Of a stretch of 64,000 bases of DNA, positions 39,160 through 50,321 are shown one piece after another. The notes beneath the pieces were generated by a model. That model was not told the origin of the DNA and searched no databases. It saw nothing but the letters and a program-made list of their open reading frames with translations. Origin of the DNA: Candidatus Caenarcanales bacterium (GTDB lineage: Bacteria > Cyanobacteriota > Vampirovibrionia > 2-02-FULL-35-15); assembly GCA_020050435.1 (NCBI GenBank), contig JAGVKQ010000022.1, positions 17,305-81,304 of the forward strand. Reading direction: 5' to 3'. Numbering within the stretch: the stretch's first letter is position 1; every line of letters begins with the position of its first letter. The position numbers and the translations under genes were made by a program.

Positions 39160-39960
39160 ATGGGAAATACTTTAATTGCTGGAAAAGAACCAGGAACAGT
39201 TTTTAAATCTAGTGTTGTTAGAACTGAGGCTGATAATGCTCCTCAAATAGAACTTGCTTTTGCTGAAGATGCTAAAGATAAGGTAGTTCTTCAAAAAGAA
39301 GAAAAAAAGGATTCAGATCCTAAAGGTGATTTGAACAAACTATTAACTGACGCTTCTGAAGGAAAGATTTCTCCTGATATATTGAAAAAAATTGATGAGT
39401 TATTTCCTGCAATTAGCAATCAAATAATAAATAGACTTGCTCAAGAGGAAGGAAAGAAAGCTAATCCCTCTAAACTTGGAATTTTAAAGAGCTATACAAA
39501 AGAGGAAATAGAAGCTATTGATGTTATCTTGAAAGATTTAGAAAAAGTTATTAAAAAATTAGATGGAAATAACCAGGAAGAAGCTATTGAATTAAATACT
39601 AGTTTGAAATTACGGTATCACAGATATCAGGGCTTGAAAGCTTCTTTTTCAATGGCTAAAGATTTTAAAGATGTTAAAGATGGAAAAGGTAAAGTAGAAG
39701 AAAAAATACTTACTGTTTTTCCAAAAAGAAATCGTCTCCGTAGACTAGTTGAAGAAACTACTGGGAAATTAGCTACTGCTGAGGGTAAAGAAAAGAAAGA
39801 CCTTGAAGAAGAACTTCTTAAGAGTAAACTTGATTTGAGTAATTCTTTAGGTGAATTAGAAGGATTAAAGTCAGTTGGAATATTTGTTGATATTCAGGTT
39901 TTAGAGATGAGGCTACCTCCTCCTCAACCAAAACCTAAAGCTCCTAATACCTGCGAATAG
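39160..39960 (+). CDS. hypothetical Lys/Glu-rich coiled-coil protein with a Pro-rich C-terminus
   Basis: ORF only. Confidence 0.45.
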   Translation: MGNTLIAGKEPGTVFKSSVVRTEADNAPQIELAFAEDAKDKVVLQKEEKKDSDPKGDLNKLLTDASEGKISPDILKKIDELFPAISNQIINRLAQEEGKKANPSKLGILKSYTKEEIEAIDVILKDLEKVIKKLDGNNQEEAIELNTSLKLRYHRYQGLKASFSMAKDFKDVKDGKGKVEEKILTVFPKRNRLRRLVEETTGKLATAEGKEKKDLEEELLKSKLDLSNSLGELEGLKSVGIFVDIQVLEMRLPPPQPKPKAPNTCE

Positions 39961-40145
39961 TTAAATTTCATTATATTTATTGATAATAGATTGTCTTTAT
40001 AATTAAAAAAAGATAAATTTCCTTCTTATTGCTTTAAATTTTACTCTTTTTGTACATTAAAGAAAATTAACCTTTTGACCCTTTATATACAGATTAATGG
40101 ATGTTAAAATCCTATACTTAAAGCTTTATATAAAGGAAATTATAA

Positions 40146-41432
40146 ATGAAATTGAAACTACACACAAAAATATTTATAGCAATAGCTCTTGGTATAGCTA
40201 CTGGATACTTCTTAAAAGACATAACACCAGTTTATATAGCTCCATTTGGTCAGATATTTATGAGGTTATTAAAGCTTCTTGTTATTCCTATAGTTTTTAC
40301 TTCTATTACTCTTGGTGTTTATTCTATCGGTGATACTAAGCATCTTGGCACCATTAGCTCAAAAGCATTTATTTACTTTATTTCTACAGGATTTATAGCT
40401 ACTACGATTGGGCTTATTTTAGTTAATTTGATTAAACCTGGAGTTGGTTCCAGTCTCTCTACAGTAGGTTTAGAAAAAGCAGTTAAAGAGACACCATCTA
40501 TAACTGAGTTGTTTGTTACTATCGCCCCTCAAAATATTTTTGAATCTTTATCAAATGGTGAAATACTTCCTGTAATTATCTTTGCCATGTTATTAGGTAC
40601 GGCACTTATTAAAATAGGTGAAAAAGCAAAGCCAGTTGTTGCATTTTTTGACTCAATGTCAGATGCAGTTATGCAAATTACAGAGTGGATTATTTCACTT
40701 ACTCCTATAGGCGTTTTTGCACTTTCAGCAAACATTGTCGCTACAATGGGATTATCCAGCCTTGTTTCAGTAGTTTCTTATTTCTTTACTGTTGTTCTGG
40801 GATTGGTAATTCATGCATTTATTGTTCTTCCTATCGTACTTAGTGTTTTTGGTGGATATTCACCAGTGGCTATGTTTAGAAATCTTTTACCAGCTTTAGC
40901 TATAGCTTTGCCTACAGCTAGTAGTGCAGCTGCACTTCCTGTAACCATAGAGTGCTTAACTAAAAAAGTTGGAGTGCCTTCTAAGATAGCTAGCTTTATA
41001 GTTTCACTAGGTACTACGATTGATATGAATGGTACAGCCCTTTATCAGGGTGTTGCAGTAATGTTTATAGCTCAGGTATATGGAATCCATTTAGATTTAG
41101 TTCAGCAAGGGATTATCGTAGTAACAGCGTTCTTAGCTTCAGCAGGTGCAGCAGCAGTTCCTGGAGCAGGTCTTGTAACTATGGTTATCATTTTAAATGC
41201 AGTAGGAGTCCCTATAGAAGGTTTAAGTTTGATTCTTCCTGTAGATAGACTTCTTGATTCATGTAGAACACCTGTAAATCTTTGGAGTAATTCAATAGCT
41301 ACAGTTGTAGTTGCTAAGGCTGAAGGTGAACCTCTCGTACCACATTTAGAAGGTACTGATGAAGATCCATTTGTTGGTATTTCAAAAGAAGAAATTGAAA
41401 TGCTTGAAAAGAAGCTAGAAAGAGTTCATTAA
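40146..41432 (+). CDS. dicarboxylate/amino acid:cation symporter (DAACS/GltP family)
   Basis: A polytopic protein collinear with the sodium:dicarboxylate symporter family. Confidence 0.85.
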   Translation: MKLKLHTKIFIAIALGIATGYFLKDITPVYIAPFGQIFMRLLKLLVIPIVFTSITLGVYSIGDTKHLGTISSKAFIYFISTGFIATTIGLILVNLIKPGVGSSLSTVGLEKAVKETPSITELFVTIAPQNIFESLSNGEILPVIIFAMLLGTALIKIGEKAKPVVAFFDSMSDAVMQITEWIISLTPIGVFALSANIVATMGLSSLVSVVSYFFTVVLGLVIHAFIVLPIVLSVFGGYSPVAMFRNLLPALAIALPTASSAAALPVTIECLTKKVGVPSKIASFIVSLGTTIDMNGTALYQGVAVMFIAQVYGIHLDLVQQGIIVVTAFLASAGAAAVPGAGLVTMVIILNAVGVPIEGLSLILPVDRLLDSCRTPVNLWSNSIATVVVAKAEGEPLVPHLEGTDEDPFVGISKEEIEMLEKKLERVH

Positions 41433-42148
41433 TAATAACTTCCAGCTTTTATGACTTTGTTTATAACTGAAACCTGCTTGTCGTAAGCTTGAGATAGGCT
41501 TTTAAAAATTATATCTATTTTTTCTTTTCTTTGAATCTGTTGAACAGAAGATAGATTTAATTTAATCGCTTCATTTAGACCTTGGATGATACTTTCTTTA
41601 TTGATTTTTCCATAATCCCCTGCTTTTATCTTTTTTACAATACTGCTTAATTCTTTTACAGATTTAAAAATATCCTTATTTATAAGATTTAAATCTGTCT
41701 TTGGATTATGTATGTTTGATCTTATTCTTTCCTGTAAAAGTAATAGATTCGATAGTTTTTGAAGAAGTGGAGAAGCATTTTCATATTTTATTACTCTACC
41801 TTCACCACAATCAATCGTTTCACCACTAAAAATATCTAATATACTTCCTTTAAAATAATTAAGCTTTCCCATACATATAGAATCTGGTGGATTGATTTTT
41901 CCATGTGCATTTGTGATTTGGTTTAATTTTTGATCTATTATGTTTTCTGATTCTTTTGAACTGTTAATAATTAATCCAATGCCAACCCCGTCTATGATAA
42001 TCCACTTTTTAGATTTACCTTTTATAAGTTCTTTAGTCTTCGTATCTAGTAAGATTTTCTCCACTTGTGTGTTCGCTATACAGTCTCCAAGGAAGAAAAT
42101 ATTTAGCAGTATTATTAATACAACTTCTTTCATTAGATAAGTAATCAT
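41429..42148 (-). CDS. hypothetical secreted protein
   Basis: A signal peptide. Confidence 0.45.
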   Translation of the reverse strand: MITYLMKEVVLIILLNIFFLGDCIANTQVEKILLDTKTKELIKGKSKKWIIIDGVGIGLIINSSKESENIIDQKLNQITNAHGKINPPDSICMGKLNYFKGSILDIFSGETIDCGEGRVIKYENASPLLQKLSNLLLLQERIRSNIHNPKTDLNLINKDIFKSVKELSSIVKKIKAGDYGKINKESIIQGLNEAIKLNLSSVQQIQRKEKIDIIFKSLSQAYDKQVSVINKVIKAGSYY

Positions 42149-42741
42149 TTAGTTTTTGATTTAGCGACAAGGGCTTGTTTTTTTTCTTTAACAAGATTCT
42201 TATCTATAAATAGATTTTTAACAAACTTGCCTTCTTTAAATTCTGTTCTCATCTTTAAAGAACCCTTTTCATCATAATAATTAGCAATTCCATTTAATTT
42301 ATTATTTTTGTAAGGAATCTCAAATTGTAATTTACCATTTGTATAATAAGCATGACTGATGCCATCTTGCTCATTATTTTTAAAGTTCACAGTTAGCCTT
42401 GTCTTACCATTTGGATGATAATTTCTATGTAGTCCTTCTCTAGCACCATTTTTAAAACCTTCTTCACTTTTCAAAGAGCCATTTTGATTATAAGTTTTTA
42501 CTATTCCATTTATTTTTCCGTTTAAGTAATTACCTTCTTCTTTTAATTTCTTATTCTCATAAAACTTTTTATAAGGACCGTTTAATTTTTCATTTTGAAA
42601 AGTGACTTGTTCTTTTGTCGCACCATTCTTATAGGTAATCTTATGGAGTCCATCTTTTCTCTGAGTTGAGGCATAAGATGGATTACAGATAGCTAAAAAA
42701 TTTAAAAGTAATATTGTAATTGATTTTTTCATATTTTTCAT
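42145..42741 (-). CDS. MORN-repeat (YwqK-like) secreted protein
   Basis: A signal peptide followed by repeated Y-x-NGK…G…-x-Y-NG units. Confidence 0.6.
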   Translation of the reverse strand: MKNMKKSITILLLNFLAICNPSYASTQRKDGLHKITYKNGATKEQVTFQNEKLNGPYKKFYENKKLKEEGNYLNGKINGIVKTYNQNGSLKSEEGFKNGAREGLHRNYHPNGKTRLTVNFKNNEQDGISHAYYTNGKLQFEIPYKNNKLNGIANYYDEKGSLKMRTEFKEGKFVKNLFIDKNLVKEKKQALVAKSKTK

Positions 42742-42745
42742 CTCT

Positions 42746-43669
42746 CTATTTTAACAGGTAGCCCATTTCTTTCATTACTGGCTCTATGACTGGATATGTC
42801 TTTTCAATTAAGTGAATGTTTTTTTTCCACTTTTCTTTGTCAGGCTTACTTATATAGTTCACTTCTGGTAACTTTTTAGAAAACTTATTTAAACCGCTAC
42901 AAAGTGGGATATCGATAAAATCCGCCATTTCTTTTATATATTTTGCAGGATTTTCAATTAAGTCTTCATATTTTAGTATGTATTTTCTTTTGTCTTCAAT
43001 ACTATTTAAGCTATTCATAGCTGCTTTATTTGACTCTGCCCATTGAAAAGCAGCTATCTCTTCTACTGAATGTTTTCTATAGTTTTCCCATTCGGGAGGC
43101 AAGATAAAACTCCAGTTTTTTACTTCTTTTCTTCTGTATTTTTCAGAACGTTTCCACCCTTCTATTAGAGAGTTAATATTACTTCTACCATCCCGTTTTA
43201 AGAAAATGAATTTACAATCAGGAAAAAGCTTGTTTATAAATGGAATTCGGAAGCATGTCTTGGGAGACTTTTCTATAATTCTATAATTTTGAACAAATAA
43301 ACTCTTGAATATTAAATTCTCTTGCCCAATAAAATCTAATAGCACTTCATTGTTTAAGCTATATTGCCTAACAAATGAGCCCAGATAGTAGTTGTTAAAA
43401 GTAAACTTATGAAATTCATTAAGTAAAAATTCTTTATTTGAGGTGTTTAAGTCTGATTCTGTTAATTGATCGTTCTTAAACTCTATTTCAGAAAAACTAT
43501 AAAATCTTTCCCATATGTCAATAGTTTCTCTATATTGAGACCAAAGCTCTTTACTGTTACTCAAAACAGTTAGCAGTAAACTGGTCCCAGAACGCGGAGC
43601 ACCTATGATTATTACTGGTTTTTTTATTTGTACATTAACCATTCTTTTACCGAGGCTTAACAATATCAA
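42746..43669 (-). CDS. sulfotransferase family protein
   Basis: An N-terminal PAPS-binding 5'-PSB-like motif (IIIGAPRSGTSLL) and the family size. Confidence 0.65.
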   Translation of the reverse strand: MILLSLGKRMVNVQIKKPVIIIGAPRSGTSLLLTVLSNSKELWSQYRETIDIWERFYSFSEIEFKNDQLTESDLNTSNKEFLLNEFHKFTFNNYYLGSFVRQYSLNNEVLLDFIGQENLIFKSLFVQNYRIIEKSPKTCFRIPFINKLFPDCKFIFLKRDGRSNINSLIEGWKRSEKYRRKEVKNWSFILPPEWENYRKHSVEEIAAFQWAESNKAAMNSLNSIEDKRKYILKYEDLIENPAKYIKEMADFIDIPLCSGLNKFSKKLPEVNYISKPDKEKWKKNIHLIEKTYPVIEPVMKEMGYLLK

Positions 43670-43725
43670 ATTTAAGTCAAATTTTCCCTAATATCTCCTT
43701 TTATTCTATTACAGGGGACAAAATA

Positions 43726-44784
43726 ATGACTGTAGAGTTATCGGCAGATAAAGCAAATTCCACTTTTAAATCCAAGGTTGTATATACTAGCGAGAAAATA
43801 GCAGTACCAAATAATAAAAATGAAGATCAAGGTGAAGGTGAAGATATCTTTATTTCAAAACCATCTAACCCTACTCTTGTAAAAGCAAAGTCTACTGGTA
43901 TTTTTGCAATGTTTTCTATGGCTGTAAAAAACTTTGTTTGGGTATTTATCAGTCCTGTTGTTAAACTTTTAAGTTTCATTGAACAATGCAGATGTTCATG
44001 GGCTTTGGAAAAAGTGAAAAATAGAAATAATGCTAAGACCAATGAAGAGATTGAAAAATATCACAACTCAGTTTTATTTGATGAAAATAATCCTGATGAG
44101 AAAAAAATATTTAAATATTTTTTATCTGATAAAAAAGGAGAAAAGCCTTTAATTGTTTTATTTATGGGGAATGCACAAACTCATTTATGGTCTGATTCTG
44201 ATGCAGGAATGATAAAGCTTTATGAGAAGTTAAAAAAGGATAATGAGGCTGATGTCTTACTTTTTAGAGTAGGAAATGCTATAGATGATGTTAAACATAA
44301 ATTATTTTTATCAAATGATTGTTCACTTAGTACAGATATTGTTTATCAGCACTCAGTAAATGTTTTAGAGGATGCTATTTCTGGAAAAGGAATTTTTGCT
44401 GGTCATAGTAAACCATCTAAGGTTTCTTTTGTAGGTTATAGCTGGGGTGGCGGTACTGTGGATAAGCTTTTAAAAGAAGATTGGAAAAGAATAGGACAAA
44501 ATATTCCAGTGGCAGCTACTGTCCAAATTGATGCAGTAAATCTGGGTCTATATAATCTTAGTACTCCTGTATTAAACAGACCATTTCATTCTAGAAGTCA
44601 TTTAAATATTTTTCAAAATAAATATGATTTTTTAAACGGATGTAATCAATCAATTAACGTTGCAGTTGATCAGTCTATGGTTATTGCTGATGAGAGTTCT
44701 ATACATAATGGAGTAGATGACAATCTTGAGGTTTTATCAACAACTTACAGCTTTGTTAAGGAAAGAGTTATTGGAAATAAATAG
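43726..44784 (+). CDS. hypothetical protein with a lipase-like GYSWG nucleophile-elbow motif
   Basis: A GxSxG motif (FVGYSWGGG); no other domain evidence. Confidence 0.4.
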   Translation: MTVELSADKANSTFKSKVVYTSEKIAVPNNKNEDQGEGEDIFISKPSNPTLVKAKSTGIFAMFSMAVKNFVWVFISPVVKLLSFIEQCRCSWALEKVKNRNNAKTNEEIEKYHNSVLFDENNPDEKKIFKYFLSDKKGEKPLIVLFMGNAQTHLWSDSDAGMIKLYEKLKKDNEADVLLFRVGNAIDDVKHKLFLSNDCSLSTDIVYQHSVNVLEDAISGKGIFAGHSKPSKVSFVGYSWGGGTVDKLLKEDWKRIGQNIPVAATVQIDAVNLGLYNLSTPVLNRPFHSRSHLNIFQNKYDFLNGCNQSINVAVDQSMVIADESSIHNGVDDNLEVLSTTYSFVKERVIGNK

Positions 44785-44824
44785 CTTATAGTCAAAAATG
44801 GTATTATGATCTATAATTTAAAAC

Positions 44825-45223
44825 ATGTCAGAAAAGATGAAAAAATCTAATGATGAGTGGAAGTCAATGCTTTCAGGAGAAGAATTTTACGTAACACGTT
44901 TGAAAGGTACAGAAAGAGCATTTACTGGGAAATATCATGACTGTAAAGATGAAGGCATTTATAAATGTGTTTGTTGTGGAGTTGAACTTTTTTCTTCAGA
45001 AACAAAATATGATTCAGGTAGTGGGTGGCCTAGTTTCTATGCTCCAGCGAAAGAAACAAATATTCAATCAGAAGTTGATAGTAGTAATAATATGATTAGA
45101 ACAGAGGTTAAATGTAGCAATTGTGAAGCACATTTAGGGCATGTTTTTACTGATGGACCAAAACCTACTGGATTACGTTATTGCATTAATTCCGCATCTT
45201 TAAATCTTGAAATAAATATCTAG
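44825..45223 (+). CDS. msrB: peptide-methionine (R)-S-oxide reductase
   Basis: The zinc CxxC pairs and catalytic motifs (GWPSF, HLGHVF…RYCINS) are present. Confidence 0.9.
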   Translation: MSEKMKKSNDEWKSMLSGEEFYVTRLKGTERAFTGKYHDCKDEGIYKCVCCGVELFSSETKYDSGSGWPSFYAPAKETNIQSEVDSSNNMIRTEVKCSNCEAHLGHVFTDGPKPTGLRYCINSASLNLEINI

Positions 45224-46011
45224 TTGATAAATTCTGAGCTAGTAATTTGATCGTTTAAATTATCTATATTTTCTGAGATTGTATCTGCTCCTGATGTAAT
45301 TTTTGTTACGCCATGAGAAATTGAAATTGCTTGTTCAAATATTTCTCTTATCATATAGTCTTTCTCATTACTTTTATAGTCTCTCCGTAGCATTAGTTCT
45401 GAAAATCCAACTATTATTGTGAGAGAGTTGTTTATATCACAAATAATGCTATATAGGTCTTCTTGGCTTAAGTTGGCTACTGGTTTAGATACAAACAGTG
45501 GCATGGTGCTTGAATACGAAACTATATTATTTGCTTCAATAACTCTTTTATTGTGGATGTAAATTAGAGAAATTGCAAAAACATAAGAACTCATAAAGAA
45601 TGCAAGTTGAAATCCAGTTAAAAGTGCAAAGCTTGAAAATCCATAAAATAATATATAAGTAACTATTATTGCTGTTCCTACCAGTTGGTTTACTATTACA
45701 CATTTCTTAAGTCTGATATTTTTTATTTGTTTGTCTTTTATATAAACTGCACTGACAGCAAAAAGAATTGATGTTACGAAGTATAGTATTTGCCAGCTGG
45801 CTAAAACTAAATTAGCTGTAACTCCATACACTGCACAATATATAAATAGCAGCCCTGCACCAATTACTTGATTTCTTAAAAGATTGCTTTTTAAGTGCTT
45901 TAAATAAATATCTCTGTCTGCTATGTTTTTTTGATGCATTGTGAAACCCTTATGTTTAGTACTTCCTGTTAAAGTAATATGGTAGAAAACTCCTAAAAAA
46001 TATTGTGGCAA
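45220..46011 (-). CDS. polytopic membrane protein with a degenerate HisKA-like C-terminal segment (Cys in place of the expected His)
   Basis: About 6 TM helices, then …[20 protein letters not shown]…, which resembles an H-box with Cys at the His position. Confidence 0.35.
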   Translation of the reverse strand: MPQYFLGVFYHITLTGSTKHKGFTMHQKNIADRDIYLKHLKSNLLRNQVIGAGLLFIYCAVYGVTANLVLASWQILYFVTSILFAVSAVYIKDKQIKNIRLKKCVIVNQLVGTAIIVTYILFYGFSSFALLTGFQLAFFMSSYVFAISLIYIHNKRVIEANNIVSYSSTMPLFVSKPVANLSQEDLYSIICDINNSLTIIVGFSELMLRRDYKSNEKDYMIREIFEQAISISHGVTKITSGADTISENIDNLNDQITSSEFIN

Positions 46012-46153
46012 TTTCGACGTAATAGAAGATTATCTTAAGTAAATCCTTGGGTAACCCTGAAAGTATGGGTCTAGGTCTAGATGTTGCTACTTAAAGTTGC
46101 TTAAGGGTAGTGTTAGTACCCTTGAATTTTGCTTTACTACCTAGTTCTTATAT

Positions 46154-48493
46154 TTATAAACCACTGCTAGAAGATGAGCTTTTTAATTGATCTGCTCCAT
46201 CTTGTGGCGGATCAGAAAAACTCATTCCATCTATTCTTGTGCCGGGGGAAAATTTAGAAGTTGATTTTAAGAGCTTATCGTGAGGGGTAAATAGAGTGAA
46301 ATTTAAATCTCCTATTCTGTTTTGTGATGTACCCTGAAGGTTAATGTTATCGAAAACTATTTGATCGATGACTAATCCATCCTGAGTAGAGATAGTGATT
46401 TGTTCTTGCCCACTGTTATTTATCCCTATAGTTCCTGTATCTGCTATTTGTGATTTTATTGAGCTTGAGAAATTAGAATTGCTCCCACCACCAAAAATTA
46501 CAATTGATTCAAATCCCTGAAGAATGGTGTTTGGTGGCATGGTGTGTCTGACTCTTGTATTGTCTGATATTAAAAGATCACTAATATCTAGTGGGCTTGA
46601 TGTTACATTAACAATTTCTATAAACTCATCTTGATCACTTTTGAAAATACTATCTTTATTTGTGTCAGAGGTTGGGGCTGCTAAAACTTCATTAATTATC
46701 AATTGTTTTTCTAATACTGGACTTTTAATATTTACAGTAGTAGATAATTCTATAGATTTGTCCTGATAAGAAATCTCAATGGTTACAGAACCGTTTTTTA
46801 AAGGCTTTATTAGTCCTTTCTCTGCAGTAATTACACTAGTTGTTCCTGTTATTTTATATGTAGCATCTTGTGTGATTTCAATCTTAGTGTTGTCGCTATA
46901 CTCTGCAAAAACTTGAATCTGTTTTTCACTTCTATCTGAAAAATTTAAGATGTCAGGCGTAACTGATAAAGCTATTAGTTGATTGCTTTCAGGAGTACTA
47001 TCTGGGGTAAGTGTTGTTGTTGAAGATGGTGTGGGTGTAGACATTGAGCTGCTTGATGAAGTGGATGGTAATGAAGATATGGGGGTGGGAGCTTGGGGGG
47101 ATGGGGAAGGAAGAACAGGTGGAGCTTCACCAGGAGAAAATAGTTTACCAGGGTGCTTTATAAAACCACTTAAATCATCTTTTCTTTGCCATGAGGGATC
47201 ACCGCTTTTACCCGTAGGATATGCAATATAATCAATACTACTACCATTGCATTTAAAGTCCACCACTGCTCCGGAATTACTTAAATTAAATTTATTCTTT
47301 TCATTGCTAAAAATAACTAATCGAGAAAGTGCTTCTATGAAAGAGTCTTTTTCAAATTCAAAAATAGGCTTTTCAACTTCATTAACAATAAACTTGCATT
47401 TGCTTAAATCAAACCTTTGATCTTTTAGGTTTTTTAACTCTATAAATTCATCTTCATTTACTTTAGGAAATCCATCCATATTAGCGTCAGTTTCTTTAAT
47501 AAATCCTGAAGCAAAAGGGAAAATCTCATCAATAGCAACTTCATTAAAAAAAGGATTTCTTGGGGTTTGAACTAATATTTCTACAATATAATCTAATTTT
47601 AAATTGGTAGGCTTCCATATAAACTCTGCTTTTAAATTTGTTCTTCCATTAGAAATAGATTCTATCGCGTTGTCTTTTTTGATAATTTGTACGATACTTT
47701 CATCTTGAGAGGTCGTATCACAAAATTCCGTTATATCTTTTTTCTCTCCACTGTCAAAAAACAACATAACTTTATATTTGCTGTTTTCATTTAGCATTTC
47801 AAAAACACTTTTAAATAAATCAATTACTATAAAAATTGGCTTACCTGAAGAAGTGTTAAAAAGAGTGATTTCTTTGCTGGGGGCAGAATCTAAGTTATGC
47901 TTTCTGTAAAATGAATATATTTTAAAAGGACCAATTTCTATATCTTGAGGAAGCTTTAATTTACATGATGTATTTGATAATATATCTGCTTTAATATCTT
48001 TATTATTTAGGTGAAAGAAAAGATCATATTTTTTATTGAAGTCTCCTTTGAATACAATTTCCATGCCTGGGCTTGCAGAAACATCAATGGGCTCAAAAAT
48101 ATTAGGTGAATTGAAAGTTACTTTTAGAAATGACTCCTCAGGGAAAATCACCTCTTTACTCTTATATCCAAGATATTCAGTATATAGTTTGATTTGTGCA
48201 TCTTTTTGAAGTGCTATGTTTGGTGTAGTGAAAACTAGTAAGTTTTTCTTAGCTGAGACTATTCGACATGGATAATTGTTTATAAATATTTTATTTGCAT
48301 TTATAGGGGTCTCGAAAAAATTCTTACCAAATATTTTTACTTTTTGTCCTGGTATTAAGTAATTTGGTTCTATTCGAGAAATCTCTGGATCTTTACCAAG
48401 GCTATCTATATCAGGAATTGAAAAAGCTAATCCTTTCAATCCTATTAGTAGCACTAACAATGCAATAAGAATAATATTTTTACTTCTTTTCAT
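46154..48493 (-). CDS. large secreted protein with lamin-tail-like (LTD) segments, a Ser/Thr/Pro-rich linker and Ig-like regions
   Basis: A signal peptide (start chosen at MKRSKNIILIALLVL), LTD-like patterns (IINEVLAAPTSD…DEFIEIVNVTSSPLDISDLLISDN), and an STP-rich low-complexity linker. Confidence 0.5.
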   Translation of the reverse strand: MKRSKNIILIALLVLLIGLKGLAFSIPDIDSLGKDPEISRIEPNYLIPGQKVKIFGKNFFETPINANKIFINNYPCRIVSAKKNLLVFTTPNIALQKDAQIKLYTEYLGYKSKEVIFPEESFLKVTFNSPNIFEPIDVSASPGMEIVFKGDFNKKYDLFFHLNNKDIKADILSNTSCKLKLPQDIEIGPFKIYSFYRKHNLDSAPSKEITLFNTSSGKPIFIVIDLFKSVFEMLNENSKYKVMLFFDSGEKKDITEFCDTTSQDESIVQIIKKDNAIESISNGRTNLKAEFIWKPTNLKLDYIVEILVQTPRNPFFNEVAIDEIFPFASGFIKETDANMDGFPKVNEDEFIELKNLKDQRFDLSKCKFIVNEVEKPIFEFEKDSFIEALSRLVIFSNEKNKFNLSNSGAVVDFKCNGSSIDYIAYPTGKSGDPSWQRKDDLSGFIKHPGKLFSPGEAPPVLPSPSPQAPTPISSLPSTSSSSSMSTPTPSSTTTLTPDSTPESNQLIALSVTPDILNFSDRSEKQIQVFAEYSDNTKIEITQDATYKITGTTSVITAEKGLIKPLKNGSVTIEISYQDKSIELSTTVNIKSPVLEKQLIINEVLAAPTSDTNKDSIFKSDQDEFIEIVNVTSSPLDISDLLISDNTRVRHTMPPNTILQGFESIVIFGGGSNSNFSSSIKSQIADTGTIGINNSGQEQITISTQDGLVIDQIVFDNINLQGTSQNRIGDLNFTLFTPHDKLLKSTSKFSPGTRIDGMSFSDPPQDGADQLKSSSSSSGL

Positions 48494-50123
48494 ATCTTGC
48501 CAAGTACTTTTTCCTTTTCTCAATTTCTTTTGTAAACCAGCCCCCAGTCCTCGAGTCTATTTGACTAGTGAGCTCTGCTATTTCAAGATCTCGTTTTATC
48601 TTCTCATTAACTGAAAGATTTTCTAAGTACAGATTTTCAAGTTGTGCTTTTCTTCTTTGAAAGTAAATCCTAGTAATGTCATCTAATAAATTTTCTTTTA
48701 TATTTGCAGTAAGTCTAGCCTGACTTAAAACATTATTTATTTCATCATCATATATAAGCTGATCAGTGTTCCAAAATACAGATACCTGCTTATAATTCCG
48801 ACCATCTCTTTGAAGCTGTAAAGTCTTATCGGAATTAAATTTATTGTCTAAAGAAATATCTGTAGAAATGCCTTTTTGAAGTTCGGAATAATTAGAATTA
48901 GTATCAGTAGAATTTAGATCGAAAGAAACTCTAGGGACTATGTTTCTCAACCTTGCCTGTGTTCTATATCGTTTGAAATCGTGGCTTGTGGGTAATGAAG
49001 AAAATTTCAAAGCTTGTTTTTGCACTTCAATGGCTGATGGTTCTAGCTCTTGTAGATAGGTAAATGATTTCTCTATCTCACCCTTTAGGACAAGGGTTGA
49101 TGGTTTCTCTTGCCCTAATCCAAACAATCCTTCATCTGTAGCCGCATAAATAGTTTCATTGGATGAATTTAGGAAATAAACGTTTTTATTGTTTTCTTTT
49201 GTTCTTATTCCACCTGCTAGCTCATTCCAGAAATCATCTTTTAATTCAAAAATACCGCTGGCAGTAGCAGCATATAAATTGTTTTTATCTTCTAATAAAT
49301 AATAAGCTTCATTAAAGCCATCAATGTTTTCTTTTATTCCTTGGCTTATATTTTCCCAGGAGTTTTCTTCATATTTATATATTCCTCTTCCGCAGGCAGC
49401 CAAGAGGTTGTTTCTATTATCAATTAACAAATGCCTACAGTTAGTTCTGTTGTCAGGGAGTCTGCTTATGCCATCACTTCTGTCTTCCCAGGACTGGTCT
49501 ATTGAATTTAACTTGTAAACCCCATTTGATGTACTAAGGTATAAATCCTCTCCATTTTTTAAAATAAACAATGCTTCATAATTACCTGATTCTATGTTTG
49601 GCTCTAGACCTTTATTTGATCTTTCGCAGTTTCCCCCATTACAGATCCATAAACCATCATTACTGCAAAAATATTTTTTATTGTTGTCTACAAAAACTGA
49701 GTTTATATTAAATGAATCAGATTTAGCACGTTCAAACACTTTCTCCCATTTTGCTTTTTCAAGACTTGATTCATATGCGCCAAAACTTGTAGCAATGTAT
49801 ATTTTGTCTTCATAAATTTCTATCCAGTTAACAAGAGCATTTCCATTTTCATCTTTCTCTAAATCTTTAGTTCCAAAGTCTTTCCAGGTCTTTCCTTTAT
49901 CTTTGCTTACTTTCACTCCATTTCCAGTCCCTATAAACATTTGCTCATCTTTAAGAGCTATGCTTTTTACTACTCTTTGTCGTGGCTGATAAACTAGCTT
50001 CCAGGCTTCATTTGAGCTTCCTTTTGTCTGTAAGCATGAAATAAAGAATAAATGCAAAAAGCATAAAGTAAAAGACATTTGTACTACTTTTATCGTCCAT
50101 ATTTTTCTCTTTCCTTTAAACAT
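48480..50123 (-). CDS. secreted BNR/Asp-box repeat protein
   Basis: A signal peptide (possibly starting at the internal MSFTLCFL…) and an Asp-box SxDxGxTW (SKDKGKTW), with further degenerate copies. Confidence 0.5.
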   Translation of the reverse strand: MFKGKRKIWTIKVVQMSFTLCFLHLFFISCLQTKGSSNEAWKLVYQPRQRVVKSIALKDEQMFIGTGNGVKVSKDKGKTWKDFGTKDLEKDENGNALVNWIEIYEDKIYIATSFGAYESSLEKAKWEKVFERAKSDSFNINSVFVDNNKKYFCSNDGLWICNGGNCERSNKGLEPNIESGNYEALFILKNGEDLYLSTSNGVYKLNSIDQSWEDRSDGISRLPDNRTNCRHLLIDNRNNLLAACGRGIYKYEENSWENISQGIKENIDGFNEAYYLLEDKNNLYAATASGIFELKDDFWNELAGGIRTKENNKNVYFLNSSNETIYAATDEGLFGLGQEKPSTLVLKGEIEKSFTYLQELEPSAIEVQKQALKFSSLPTSHDFKRYRTQARLRNIVPRVSFDLNSTDTNSNYSELQKGISTDISLDNKFNSDKTLQLQRDGRNYKQVSVFWNTDQLIYDDEINNVLSQARLTANIKENLLDDITRIYFQRRKAQLENLYLENLSVNEKIKRDLEIAELTSQIDSRTGGWFTKEIEKRKKYLARYEKK

Positions 50124-50321
50124 AAGGAAAAGAATTTATAGAAAATAAATAAAATCTGCAACTCGTAATATGATACCTACGGTTACATTTGTTACGTTCT
50201 TGATACCCTGGGTTACATTTAAATATTAAGATTTGGTTAAATAGTAAATTTTTCCTATAATCTATCAAAAAACCTTTCTCCGTGACTTTATATAAGCACA
50301 AGGAATTAAGGAGAGTGAGCG

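Noticed and set aside
40097-40333. ORF 40097..40333 overlapping the start of the symporter gene
   Set aside because: It is in a different frame from the well-supported DAACS symporter CDS beginning at 40146 and has low-complexity Y/S-rich content.
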